Under the pieces are notes generated by a model. The model did not search any database. It was not told where the DNA came from and worked only from the letters and a program-made list of their open reading frames with translations. Position numbers and translations under genes: made by a program. Positions 45,571 to 55,700 of a stretch of 64,000 nucleotides of DNA are shown one piece after another. The first letter of the stretch is position 1. Every line of letters starts with the position of its first letter. Source of the DNA: an uncultured Saprospiraceae bacterium (lineage in GTDB: Bacteria > Bacteroidota > Bacteroidia > Chitinophagales > Saprospiraceae); the NCBI GenBank assembly GCA_964539805.1, contig CAZIKN010000001.1:73782-137781 (forward strand), in the 5' to 3' direction.

Positions 45571-48500
45571 ATGCACCAGTTCAAGCTTCAGCATTTTTCA
45601 ATTCTTTTGCTGTATATTATCACCCCTATTGTTTTTTTTGCATGTCAAAATACAGCATCAAACGCTGATTTCTCACCTGCTAACCCGGTAAAAAAGGCAA
45701 CAGCTGCTACAACCCAGTTTGAGTTGCTTGCTCCCGAGCGTACAGGTATTCAATTTGTACCAAGTATAACAGATGAGTACCGTTATAATTTTATAGCAGA
45801 TCCATATATTTATAACGGTGGCGGCGTCGGGATACTGGATGTTAACAATGACGGCTTGCAAGATTTGTTCTTTACTGCCAGATTGCAGCCATGCCGGTTG
45901 TACCTGAACAAAGGGGGAATGCATTTTGAAGATATCAGCGAAAAAGCGGGCCTGAGCAAGCATATTGGCCTTAAAACGGGCATTGTCATAGTGGACATCA
46001 ATGCGGATGGCTGGCAGGATGTGTATGTTACGCGCACCTGGTTTGAGCCTATACCTGAAAGGCGTAACTTGCTGTTTATCAACAATAAGGATAATACTTT
46101 TAGCGAACAGGCTGCCGCCTATGGCTTAGATGACATTTCCGCATCCCAGCATGCCAATTTCTTTGATTACGATGGCGACGGGGATTTGGACTGTTATGTG
46201 TTGAACCATCCCACGGATTTTAAAACCATGAACAATTTGGATTACTCGGCAGGAAACGCAGCGGTTCAGCCTCCCAGAAACGAATATGAAAGTGATCGTT
46301 TGTTCCAAAACAATGGCCCTGCCCTACCCCACTTTACCGATATAAGCCAAAAGGCAGGTATATACAATCGCGCTTATGGTTTGAGTACTCTTTTCACCGA
46401 TTTTGATGCAGATGGCCGCTCCGAATTGTTCGTGGGCAATGATTTTGTAATGCCCGATTTCTTATACCAAAGTGGCGCTGACAATAAATTCATCAATTTA
46501 GCCACATTGGAAAGTAGAAATCTCTTTCGCCACAGTTCCAATCACACCATGGGCGCGGATGCCGCCGACCTTAACCGAGATGGTCTGCCAGATCTGGTCA
46601 CTTTGGATATGCTGGCCGAACCCTGGGGGCGCCGACAACGCCTTATGAGCACCATGCAACTGCCCCGTGACCGCCAAATGCAGGCACAGGGCTACGGACG
46701 ACAGGTGATGCGCAATGTATTGCAACTCTCTGATGGACCCGGAAATATGAGCGAACTGGGCCAGTTGGCCGGCATTGCGGCAACCGATTGGAGCTGGGCA
46801 CCCCTCATTGCTGATTTTGACAACGATGGCTGGCGGGACATATTTATTTCCAATGGCATCAAACGCGACCTGAACGACCTCGATTTTTTCCTGTACACAG
46901 CCGACAGCATCAACAAAACCGGAGGAGTGAATGAAAAACGCTTTGCCTCTTTTGAAGACTATGTCAAATTGATGCCCTCTCATCCCGTTCACAATTATAT
47001 GTTTCAAAACACAGGAAGCTTGCCCTACGCAGATGTTTCGGACAGTTGGGGATTTACCCAAAAGGGATTTAGCAACGGTGCAGCATACGCCGACTTAGAC
47101 AACGACGGCGATCTTGACCTGATTACCAACAATTTAGAAGCTGCCCCGAGCTTGTATGAAAATAAAGCGACGAACTTCAACACCAACCATTGGCTACAGA
47201 TAAAATGCAAGGGCACTGCACTCAACCCGATGGGGATTGGTGCAAAGATTCGGGTATATGTATCTGACAATGAAGGCAATATGAGCTCTATTTTCACACA
47301 GGACATGACCAATATTCGCGGGTTTTATTCCTCTGTGGAACCCATTTTCCAAATTGGATTAGGCTCGTTCTCCAGCGTAAAAAGGATTGAAATAGATTGG
47401 TTCGAAGGACGCTGCCAGATATTGGAAAATGTAGCAGCCAACCAACGTGTTACCTTGGATATCAGTGCCGCAAGCGCTGGCCATTGCCCCAACTCCAATT
47501 CAACACAAAAAACTGTTTTTCAGGATATTACACAACAATCCGGCCTGAATTTCAAACACATTGAAAATGAATTTGAAGATTTTGACCGTGAAAAACTGCT
47601 CCCCTATCGCCTTTCTCGCAGGGGGCCTTGCATGGCGCAGGGGGATTGGAACGGCGATGGTTTGGAAGATCTGTTTGTAGGAGGCGCATCAGGGCAAGCA
47701 GGTGGCTTGTTTTTACAAAAAAAAGAGGGTAACTTCCAAAAAACAAACCAAGTGGCGCTAGAAAAAGACAAGGCTCACGAAGATACCGGAGCTGTTGCTT
47801 TTGATGCCGACAAAGACGGCGATCTCGATCTTTTAGTACTCAGTGGCGGCAATGAAGCACCTGCCAATTCATCCGTTTATCAGGATCGGCTTTACCTAAA
47901 CGATGGAAAAGGCCAATTTATTCGTGCGGAAAAAAACCTTCCAACAGAAACAAAATCAGGCACTTGTGCTGCTGCACACGACTATGATGGCGATGGCTGG
48001 ACAGATTTATTTATTGGGAATGGTGCTGTACCGGGACGCTATCCCGAAGCCGCCGGAAATACCGTCTGGAAAAACGAACAAGGTGTTTTTAAGGATGTCA
48101 CCAACGCCGTTGCACCTGAATATGCCAAGGCAGGCTTGCTCACAGACCTCAGCGTAGGTGATTTTGACGGCGATGGAAGCCAGGAATTGGTTATCTGCGG
48201 GGATTGGCTGCCTATTGGTTTTTATACCATAAAAGAGGGTAAAATTCAGCCAAAACTGACCATTCCGCAATCTTCGGGCTGGTGGAATTGTCTCCTTGCG
48301 ACCGACATGGATGCTGATGGCGACCTCGATCTGGTGGCTGGCAATGAGGGCCGAAACACCCGCCTTCAAGCCTCCGCTGCTGCCCCGTTGCGCCTCTGGG
48401 CCAAGGATTTTGACCAGAACGCCAGTATAGACCCCATACTTTGTATAGCAGATCAAGGGAAATACCGCCCTGTGGCCCAAAGGGATTTGCTGGTGTCCCA

Positions 48501-48990
48501 AATGCCTTTTGTAAAGAAAAAATTTCCCCGTTACAATGCTTATGCCCAAGCCTCAATAACGGATATAGTGCCGGAAAAAGACTTGGAAAAGGCCATCTCT
48601 TTGTCAGCACAAACCTTTGACTCCCAATGGTTTGAAAACAAAGGGAATGGCTGGGAAGCCCATGTTTTCCCCTGGCAATTGCAGCTAGCCCCAATCCATG
48701 ACTGCTTAATGACCGATTTTAACCAAGACGGGAAAAAAGATTTGCTGGCCATCGGCAATGATTATGGCCCTGATATTGAAACTTATCGCCATGATGCCTT
48801 CAATGGTTGCTTGCTGCTGGGGCAGGGCAACGGATCGTTTTTGCCAATCCCTGCGGCACAAAGTGGTTTTTTGGCCAACAGGGATGCGCGGCGCATGGCT
48901 ATGATTACGGGAAAAGGTGGCGCAAGTTGGATCCTCGTAGGCAATAACAACGACAACATACAAATTTTTAAGCATAAATATGAAAATTGA
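45571..48990 (+). CDS. CRTAC1-like FG-GAP/VCBS repeat protein with UnbV/ASPIC domain (lipoprotein)
   Basis: Lipoprotein signal (..IVFFAC). Two groups of DxDxDG FG-GAP loops (DVNNDGLQDLF, DINADGWQDVY, ... DMDADGDLDLV) flank an ASPIC/UnbV-like segment (GIGAKIRVY....RIEIDW). Confidence 0.8.
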   Translation: MHQFKLQHFSILLLYIITPIVFFACQNTASNADFSPANPVKKATAATTQFELLAPERTGIQFVPSITDEYRYNFIADPYIYNGGGVGILDVNNDGLQDLFFTARLQPCRLYLNKGGMHFEDISEKAGLSKHIGLKTGIVIVDINADGWQDVYVTRTWFEPIPERRNLLFINNKDNTFSEQAAAYGLDDISASQHANFFDYDGDGDLDCYVLNHPTDFKTMNNLDYSAGNAAVQPPRNEYESDRLFQNNGPALPHFTDISQKAGIYNRAYGLSTLFTDFDADGRSELFVGNDFVMPDFLYQSGADNKFINLATLESRNLFRHSSNHTMGADAADLNRDGLPDLVTLDMLAEPWGRRQRLMSTMQLPRDRQMQAQGYGRQVMRNVLQLSDGPGNMSELGQLAGIAATDWSWAPLIADFDNDGWRDIFISNGIKRDLNDLDFFLYTADSINKTGGVNEKRFASFEDYVKLMPSHPVHNYMFQNTGSLPYADVSDSWGFTQKGFSNGAAYADLDNDGDLDLITNNLEAAPSLYENKATNFNTNHWLQIKCKGTALNPMGIGAKIRVYVSDNEGNMSSIFTQDMTNIRGFYSSVEPIFQIGLGSFSSVKRIEIDWFEGRCQILENVAANQRVTLDISAASAGHCPNSNSTQKTVFQDITQQSGLNFKHIENEFEDFDREKLLPYRLSRRGPCMAQGDWNGDGLEDLFVGGASGQAGGLFLQKKEGNFQKTNQVALEKDKAHEDTGAVAFDADKDGDLDLLVLSGGNEAPANSSVYQDRLYLNDGKGQFIRAEKNLPTETKSGTCAAAHDYDGDGWTDLFIGNGAVPGRYPEAAGNTVWKNEQGVFKDVTNAVAPEYAKAGLLTDLSVGDFDGDGSQELVICGDWLPIGFYTIKEGKIQPKLTIPQSSGWWNCLLATDMDADGDLDLVAGNEGRNTRLQASAAAPLRLWAKDFDQNASIDPILCIADQGKYRPVAQRDLLVSQMPFVKKKFPRYNAYAQASITDIVPEKDLEKAISLSAQTFDSQWFENKGNGWEAHVFPWQLQLAPIHDCLMTDFNQDGKKDLLAIGNDYGPDIETYRHDAFNGCLLLGQGNGSFLPIPAAQSGFLANRDARRMAMITGKGGASWILVGNNNDNIQIFKHKYEN

Positions 48991-49741
48991 CAACCCCGCT
49001 TTTGATTATGATCGTTTTGGGCAAAAATATTCCGGCCAGCGCCGCACCGACCCGCGCATTGCAGCATACGTCATGGCCGCTTTAGGTGATGCCCAAACCA
49101 TCCTGAACGTGGGGGCCGGCGCAGGCTCCTACGAACCGGAAGACCGTTATGTGGTGGCCGTAGAGCCTTCGGCAACGATGCGCGCCCAACGTATGGCCAA
49201 TCAAAAAGTCCCCGCCATCAACGCCAAAGCAGATGCACTTCCGTTTGATGAGGGCGCATTTGATGCCACTATGGCCATGGTAACTGTGCACCACTGGCCC
49301 GATATGGTCAAAGGATTGAAGGAATTGCGCCGGGTAACAAAAAATCAGGTCGTCATCATGACTTTTGACCCAGATGCGCTGGACCTGTTTTGGAATGCCC
49401 GGTACTTTCCTGAATTGATCGCTGTAGAAAAGTCTCGCTACCCTACCCTTGATTTTATCTGTCAGGCGCTGGGTGGCCAAAGTGAAGTGGTGCCTGTGCC
49501 CATCCCTTTAGACTGCGTAGATGGCTTTCAGGAGGCTTATTATGGCCGCCCGGAAGCCTTTTTGCAAAAAGAAGTCCGCATGTCACAATCCGCCTGGGGC
49601 TTTTTATCCCCTGAAGTTGAAGCCCGGTTGGTACAAAACCTCGCCGATGAATTGGCTTCCGGGGCATGGGATCGCAAATACAGCCATTATCGCACACAGC
49701 CGACGTTTACCTGTGCCTTGCGTTTGGTTATTGCGCGGTGA
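48980..49741 (+). CDS. class I SAM-dependent methyltransferase
   Basis: Motif I ILNVGAGAGSY, with later motifs (ADALPFDEGAFDATMAMVTVHHW). The ATG overlaps the upstream gene's last codons by 11 nt. Confidence 0.75.
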   Translation: MKIDNPAFDYDRFGQKYSGQRRTDPRIAAYVMAALGDAQTILNVGAGAGSYEPEDRYVVAVEPSATMRAQRMANQKVPAINAKADALPFDEGAFDATMAMVTVHHWPDMVKGLKELRRVTKNQVVIMTFDPDALDLFWNARYFPELIAVEKSRYPTLDFICQALGGQSEVVPVPIPLDCVDGFQEAYYGRPEAFLQKEVRMSQSAWGFLSPEVEARLVQNLADELASGAWDRKYSHYRTQPTFTCALRLVIAR

Positions 49742-49743
49742 AC

Positions 49744-50853
49744 TCACTCTGTGATTTTTATTTCTACCCGTCTGTTTTGTTCCTGCTCTTTGCCTGACAC
49801 AGCATTGGGAAACAGCATATGATTGTTTTTATAGCCAATAGTACTCATCCGAAGGCTGTCAATACCATTTTGAACTAAATACGAAAATACGGTCTCGGCA
49901 CGCTGTTGTGATAATCCCTGCTTCCACATCGGCTCCTTTTCCATAACGTATTGCTCAGGGGTCAGGCCTTTCATTTTGGGGTACTGCATGCCCTTGGGGT
50001 ATGGCACATTGACATGGCCGCCTATTTCTATTTTCAGTTTTGGGTTTAACTGCATAAATTTCAACACTTTAGGCAACTCTCCTTCCGAAGATTTCAGCAA
50101 AATGGCCGCATCGCCAACAAAAAACAGATCACGCAACACCGCTTTTGCGCCCACTTTGGCAGGCGGAAGTTCGATATTGGGCGACAACTTGTATTTTGCA
50201 TATAATTCGGGACTGCCCAGTACTTTTAGGGCAAAGGACTCAAAGAAAAAATCCTTAGCCACGGCCTCTATTTTGACCACCGTATCCTTGGGCAAACGAA
50301 CGCGGTAATGTCCCGAAGTATCTGTTTGCACGGAATCTTTGCGCGTTTTGTTCCGGAAACTCACCCAGGACTGCACACCATTGCCCGTGCTTTTATCCGT
50401 AACACGCCCGCTCAGGGTGGCCATGGGCACGGTACGCGCGACTTCTACGGTGGCCCTTCGGTTCCGTTGGCGGCCTTCCTCGGTGGCATTTGTTGCTGCG
50501 GGCCGACGCTCACCAAAGGTTTTTACATCTATAATAGTAGCAGCGGGTATGCCCTGTTTCTGAAGGTACTGGCTCACAGCTGCGGCCCTGTTGCGCGCCA
50601 ATACCTCATTGCGATCCGTTTGACCAACGGAATCGGTATGTGCGGTAATGCGCACCGCTTTGGCCGTACTGATTTGGTTAAACAGGCGCACGATTTCGTC
50701 AAGGGTAGATATAGCGGCTCTATCCAAATCGTATTTGCCCGTTGCAAAATAAATTTCTGACGCTTGTGAGTTGTACAAAGAATCAAAGACAGATTGGGCT
50801 GGCAAAAGCATGGCGCGGCACGCAAGCAAAAGAAACAATATGGGATGCTTCAT
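49744..50853 (-). CDS. OmpA-family protein with two OmpA-like domains flanking a CarboxypepD_reg-like domain
   Basis: Signal peptide ..LLPAQ. The first OmpA_C domain is RITAHTDSVGQTDRNEVLARNRAAAV...NRRATVEV. The middle beta-sandwich is LSGRVTDKSTGNGV. The second OmpA-like domain ends NRRVEIKI. Confidence 0.75.
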   Translation of the reverse strand: MKHPILFLLLACRAMLLPAQSVFDSLYNSQASEIYFATGKYDLDRAAISTLDEIVRLFNQISTAKAVRITAHTDSVGQTDRNEVLARNRAAAVSQYLQKQGIPAATIIDVKTFGERRPAATNATEEGRQRNRRATVEVARTVPMATLSGRVTDKSTGNGVQSWVSFRNKTRKDSVQTDTSGHYRVRLPKDTVVKIEAVAKDFFFESFALKVLGSPELYAKYKLSPNIELPPAKVGAKAVLRDLFFVGDAAILLKSSEGELPKVLKFMQLNPKLKIEIGGHVNVPYPKGMQYPKMKGLTPEQYVMEKEPMWKQGLSQQRAETVFSYLVQNGIDSLRMSTIGYKNNHMLFPNAVSGKEQEQNRRVEIKITE

Positions 50854-50854
50854 A

Positions 50855-50911
50855 GGGAATGTGATAATTTATGAAATGTGATAATGTGATAATTTATAAA
50901 ATGTGATGATG
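50855..50911. repeat. cluster of AATGTGATAAT motif copies (GGGAATGTGATAAT...AATGTGATAATGTGATAAT...AATGTGATGATG)
   Basis: Read directly. It begins 2 nt beyond the start codon of the minus-strand OmpA gene (50853) and shares the 14-mer GGGAATGTGATAAT with 2274-2288 and 12533-12547. Confidence 0.9.
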
Positions 50912-51104
50912 TATTTGTGCGAAGATAAAGGTGCAATTTAAGCGCTAAATGCTGCACTTAAAACTTGATACAAGCCAAATAGGCGACCCAAAATCCCGTT
51001 CAGCCACACGTTTTTCCTATTCAGCCAAACTATTTTGCCCCCCCAAAAAAGGGCCTTCACCTTTGCGATACATTAAATTTCACCATCCATTCAACTTTTC
51101 GATT

Positions 51105-51518
51105 ATGACAAACCGATTCATGATTTTTGTGCTTTACTGTTTTCTCACCCTGCCTTTTATGGCCTGCAACAAAAACAACGGGAACCTCGTATCACCCAAT
51201 ACAGGCAAATGGAAGCTAACGTACTTCTGGGACAAAGAGGACGAAACCAACTACTACACCAATTACACTTTTGATTTTGGCAGCAACGGCGCTCTGACAG
51301 CAAGCAAAAATGGCCAAAACTGGGCCGGCACTTGGCAAACGGGCATTGATGACAGCAAAGAGAAAATCATCCTCGATTTTAACGGTTCCATCCCATCCGA
51401 ACTGGAAGAATTGGAAGAAGATTGGCTCATCATCAGCATGAAAGACAATTTCATGCACTTCGAACATACCAGCGGCGGCAACGGCGATACCGATGTGGTC
51501 AAATTTGAAAAAATATAG
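51105..51518 (+). CDS. small hypothetical lipoprotein (lipocalin-like pattern)
   Basis: Signal and lipobox MTNRFMIFVLYCFLTLPFMAC from the internal ATG at 51105. The protein is 137 aa with beta-rich patterning (GKWKLTYFWD...YTFDFGSNG). Confidence 0.5.
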   Translation: MTNRFMIFVLYCFLTLPFMACNKNNGNLVSPNTGKWKLTYFWDKEDETNYYTNYTFDFGSNGALTASKNGQNWAGTWQTGIDDSKEKIILDFNGSIPSELEELEEDWLIISMKDNFMHFEHTSGGNGDTDVVKFEKI

Positions 51519-51570
51519 GCACAGATGGGGAGACAGCTCAAGCAATGCTCCTTTTCATTTCCCGCTTTTC

Positions 51571-51602
51571 AGGGCGCGTTTCACCCAACGCGCCCTTTTT
51601 TT
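51571..51602 (+). terminator. rho-independent terminator
   Basis: AGGGCGCGTT, loop TCACCC, AACGCGCCCT, then TTTTTTT. Confidence 0.8.
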
Positions 51603-51966
51603 ACTCATTTATGTTAAAATTTATCACAATATAAAAGACCGTTTTTGGAAAATCAAAAAAAAGTGTCCAAAAAACGGCAAGCAATTTCAAGGTAAGGAAT
51701 AACCAAAAACATCAAAAATTACTTTTTTTAACTATGTTTCATCTATCTTCTTGGTATGCTTTTAACAAAACATTAAAATATATTAAAATTTGTATGCTAA
51801 AACCCGTCCAAAATTATTAATTTCAGGCAGCCCACCTTTGCACCGCAATGTTGCTACTGTTGCACATTAATCATCACCGGATGAAGCCCACAGCGTAAAT
51901 ATGTATAGTGCTTTTTACAAAGTGATCTCATCCCTAAACCGTTTCATTTTTTTAATACTTTTCATT

Positions 51967-52551
51967 ATGAAAAAATTATTTTTTGTTCCTTTCGTGCTTA
52001 TGTTACTGTTTGCTGCCTGTTCCAAAGACAGCAACATTATCCCCGCTAACGAAAATGTTTTGAATGCCCAGGAAGAGCACATTTCGTATGTTGTCCCTTC
52101 CACAGATGGTACCACGGATCGCAGCACCTGCAATTTGTATATGAAGATTGCTTTCCGCAAGACAGCAACTTACTCAGGGTTAGCGGCAGATCTTTTGCCT
52201 TGTAACCGCTTTTTTCGTGTAATGCGTAACAATGGAGGTGTCATTACCCAGATATTTCCTGCAAGCGGGTATTTCGGTTCAGGGACATCTACTTCAACGG
52301 GCAACAATTTGTCACTTGTAGTACCTAACGGCGGTCAATACTATGTAGAGTTTGACACTGTTGTTGACCCGACCAATACGTTCAACGAGAATACTTATGT
52401 GTTCTTCTCCGACAATATTCTGGTGCAGATTGACCCATTGACCCATGCTGATGTAAGTTGGTCACATCATGTCCAAATCGGTCCGGCTGCAACGCCTGAT
52501 GTTGCGTCATCCAACGCCAATGTGAGTGCTACTTGCGTGGTTACGCCGTAA
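51967..52551 (+). CDS. hypothetical lipoprotein
   Basis: MKKLFFVPFVLMLLFAAC lipobox from the internal ATG at 51967. I do not recognise a family. Confidence 0.5.
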   Translation: MKKLFFVPFVLMLLFAACSKDSNIIPANENVLNAQEEHISYVVPSTDGTTDRSTCNLYMKIAFRKTATYSGLAADLLPCNRFFRVMRNNGGVITQIFPASGYFGSGTSTSTGNNLSLVVPNGGQYYVEFDTVVDPTNTFNENTYVFFSDNILVQIDPLTHADVSWSHHVQIGPAATPDVASSNANVSATCVVTP

Positions 52552-52585
52552 TAACCCACCATACAACAGAGCAACACTGCGAAGT

Positions 52586-52625
52586 GAAGGCCATGCCGTT
52601 TATACGGTGTGGCCTTCTTTTTTTG
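52586..52625 (+). terminator. rho-independent terminator
   Basis: GAAGGCCATGCCG, loop TTTATA, CGGTGTGGCCTTC (13-bp stem including two G-U pairs), then TTTTTTT. Confidence 0.75.
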
Positions 52626-52745
52626 CCTATTTCTTGCACAACGCAAATAGGCTGCGTTGCAGACGATATATATTGGCTCCTCATTAACGTACCTTTGTGG
52701 ATTGGTGCCTTCCAAGCACAATTACCTTAAAACAAACAACTAACG

Positions 52746-55700
52746 ATGAGAAGCCTGTTTTTTACCTGTTTATTTTTGGTGCATTTACCCGTTTTATACG
52801 CCCAGTTTGGGAACACGCCAATAATCATCAGCCGCAGCACCAATGCTTCACTCTTCAGCGTAACCCCTGCCGATCTGGATGATGACGGAGATACCGATAT
52901 GCTCGCCACCCATGAAAACGCTATTGTTTATTATGAAAATCTGGACGGAAAGGGCACTTTTTCAAATGACAGGGTTTGGATGGATGCGGATTTTCAGGTT
53001 TTTACCTCTATTTACCTCCGCACAGTGTTCCAGGATTTGGATGCCGATGGCCGGCTCGATGTGGCGGCTGACCGTTATTGGCGAAAAAACCTTGGGGGCG
53101 GCAACTTCGCACCACGCGCCACAGCCTTTAGCAGCAGCCTTGATGCGCTGTGTGATGTAAACGGCGACAACTTACCCGATGCCATTAACCATGATGCATC
53201 CAAAATATACTGGCAACGCAACCTCGGTAATGGCAGTTTTGCCGCAAGGGTCACCATCAAAAATGCCGCTTCTGCCAATATTTTTGAGGCCAAAGACCTC
53301 AATTTTGATGGCAAAATGGATTTTGTAGTCAATCAGATTAGTGGCTGCTTTTGGTATAAAAACCTGGGAACCAATCAGTTTGACACCCTTCGGCTGTTGT
53401 CGTTCCAGCCCAACAATATCAAGTTTTTGGACATTGACACTGATGGTAAATACGATGTTTTTTCCTCAGCAGGCAGCTCCATTTATTGGCACGAACTCGA
53501 AGCAGATGGAAAATTGTCCCTCATCCAAACCGTTACCACCACTCAATTTGACGGCGGCGCACTCCTCATAGGCGACATGAACGCTGACGGATTTGCTGAT
53601 ATTTTTGCAGGCAATACAGGCGGTTCCGCCAATCGGGCACAGTATTTTCCCTTCATTCCGGCTACTGGCAGATTCTCCGGCACACCAGTTAGCCACAACA
53701 CGTATCTGATTCGTCATGGTTGGGCGACATTCACCAATATTGACAATGACCCTGAGCCCGATATTTTGGCTGCTACCACCTATGGCTTTGGTTGGATGAA
53801 AAAATTATCGCCCACGCAGTTCTCTGCCGTGTTCAATATCACTCAAAATTTGGGCCTGCCAAAAGCAATCGAATCCTCCGACTTTGAAAACGATGGCGAT
53901 ATGGATCTGTTTACCAATGGTTTCGTGTTACGGCATTTGGGCAATGGTAACTACGCAGAAAAAGCCAGAACAACCTCTTCCGGTAGCCGTACTTTTTATG
54001 CTGACCTGGACGGTGATGAACGGAAAGACCTCGCCCGTCCCCTTGGCGATTCCATTTCATGGCGCAAAAACATGGGCAGCGGACAATACGGGCCTGCGGT
54101 TTTGCTGCCCGGCTTGGTTACCTCCTGCAAGCAGATCGGCGGCGGCGACCTCGACCAGGATGGGGATATTGACCTTTTTGCAGCCAATGGAACGGACGCC
54201 ATTGCCGTGAACGCGCGGTTTTATTGGTTTGAAAATGATGGAAAAGGTAATTTCACGGCCCATCTGCTCGAAACGGACATCCAACTCTGCTCAGGAGCCT
54301 TTTCATTAGATGTGAACGAAGATGGCAAATCAGACATGGTTTTGACCTTTTTCAACGGTAAGGCTACTCGTTGGTACCCCAATCTCGGCAATGGCAATTT
54401 TGACACTTACCGCCCACTTTTGGGCAATCTGCCCTCGCCGACAAATGTTAATCAATCAATGGTCACAGACCTGGATGCAGATGGGCGCCTTGACTATTTG
54501 TATTCCAACCAAATCACCACCCAAAGCAAGGTAGCCTGGTTCCGAAACCTCGGCAACTCAACTTTTGCGCCAGAGCAATCGCTCGTAACCATGAATCATC
54601 AAGGCTCCTATGCAACGCCTTATTTTGCTGTTTTTGATGCCACCTTGGATGGGCTGCCTGACCTCATTGTTTCTGACAACTATTGGAACCGTTTTCACTT
54701 GGTGCCCAGCGCGGGAGGCGGCAAGTTTGGAGCAGGCAAAGTGGTGTTTGATGCAGATGGTTATGGTGCTTTTTTTGGCGTGGCAGGGCATGATGTGGAC
54801 GGTGACGGGCGCCTGGATCTCGTATTTGGCAACCGCACGGAGAGCATTAACACACAGGGCTTTTACCAACTTTCCTGGCTGGGCAATCTGCACCCAAAGC
54901 CGGTGGTGCCATTTTCCGTACATGAAAAATCCGCCACCTGCTCAGATAATCAAACTCCCGCCAATGCCAATGATGATTTCCTGACTATTTCCCTAAAAAT
55001 CAAGGGATTGGATAATAGTTCCACCCGGTTTGTCGTGACCGACCTGAACAACAACACCGTGGTTGACACCTTTGATTATGACAAAAACATTTCTTTCGTT
55101 TTGCCTCCCGGAAGCGCAGGCGATGGAGTCCTGAAAAAATTCAAACTGCAAGACCTCTTGGTAAAAGATAGCTTTCTGGTACTGACGTTTGAAAGTGGCA
55201 GCCCTTGCTCGGTGTCTGCCCCAACCGAAATATCACTGCTAAACTTCCGGGTAGAATGCCGTGACAATAACACGCCCAACAACGCCAAAGATGACAAATT
55301 GGTGATATGGTTCACGCCACGGATCATCAATCCGCCTGTTGCAAGTACCCAATTCAACATCAACTCAAATCTTGGCTGGCCCATTGACACGGCAAAATTT
55401 AATCCGTCGGGTAAATATAATCAAGAAAACTATTTTGAACTGCCCGATGGCAGTGCAGCCGTTGAAGGCAAACTAATCCTGACTATACAGGATAGCAAAA
55501 ACTTGACAATAATCAAACATTTTCTCAGTAAAGTACCCGGTACTTGTTCTGGCGCCCCCCTGCCATGTCCTTTTTCTGTCAATTACCACAGCCAAACTGA
55601 AATTGACTCCTTTCCAATCAAATACCCGGGGTGTCGTGTGCTGGAAGGCGACCTCACCCTAAACGAGGTGTTGCCTGCGGCTGATGCACCAAGCATCGAA

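Noticed and set aside
46498-47061. 187-aa minus-strand ORF, with similar ones at 48007-48549 and 48212-48694
   Set aside because: All are antisense to the CRTAC1-like gene, so they are shadow ORFs.
52625-52659. Two mutually exclusive small hairpins (GCCTATTT/AAATAGGC and CAACGCA/TGCGTTG) just after the 52586 terminator, as a possible attenuator for paralog 1
   Set aside because: The stems are only 7-8 bp, there is no leader peptide or T-run logic, and stems this short are easily produced by chance.
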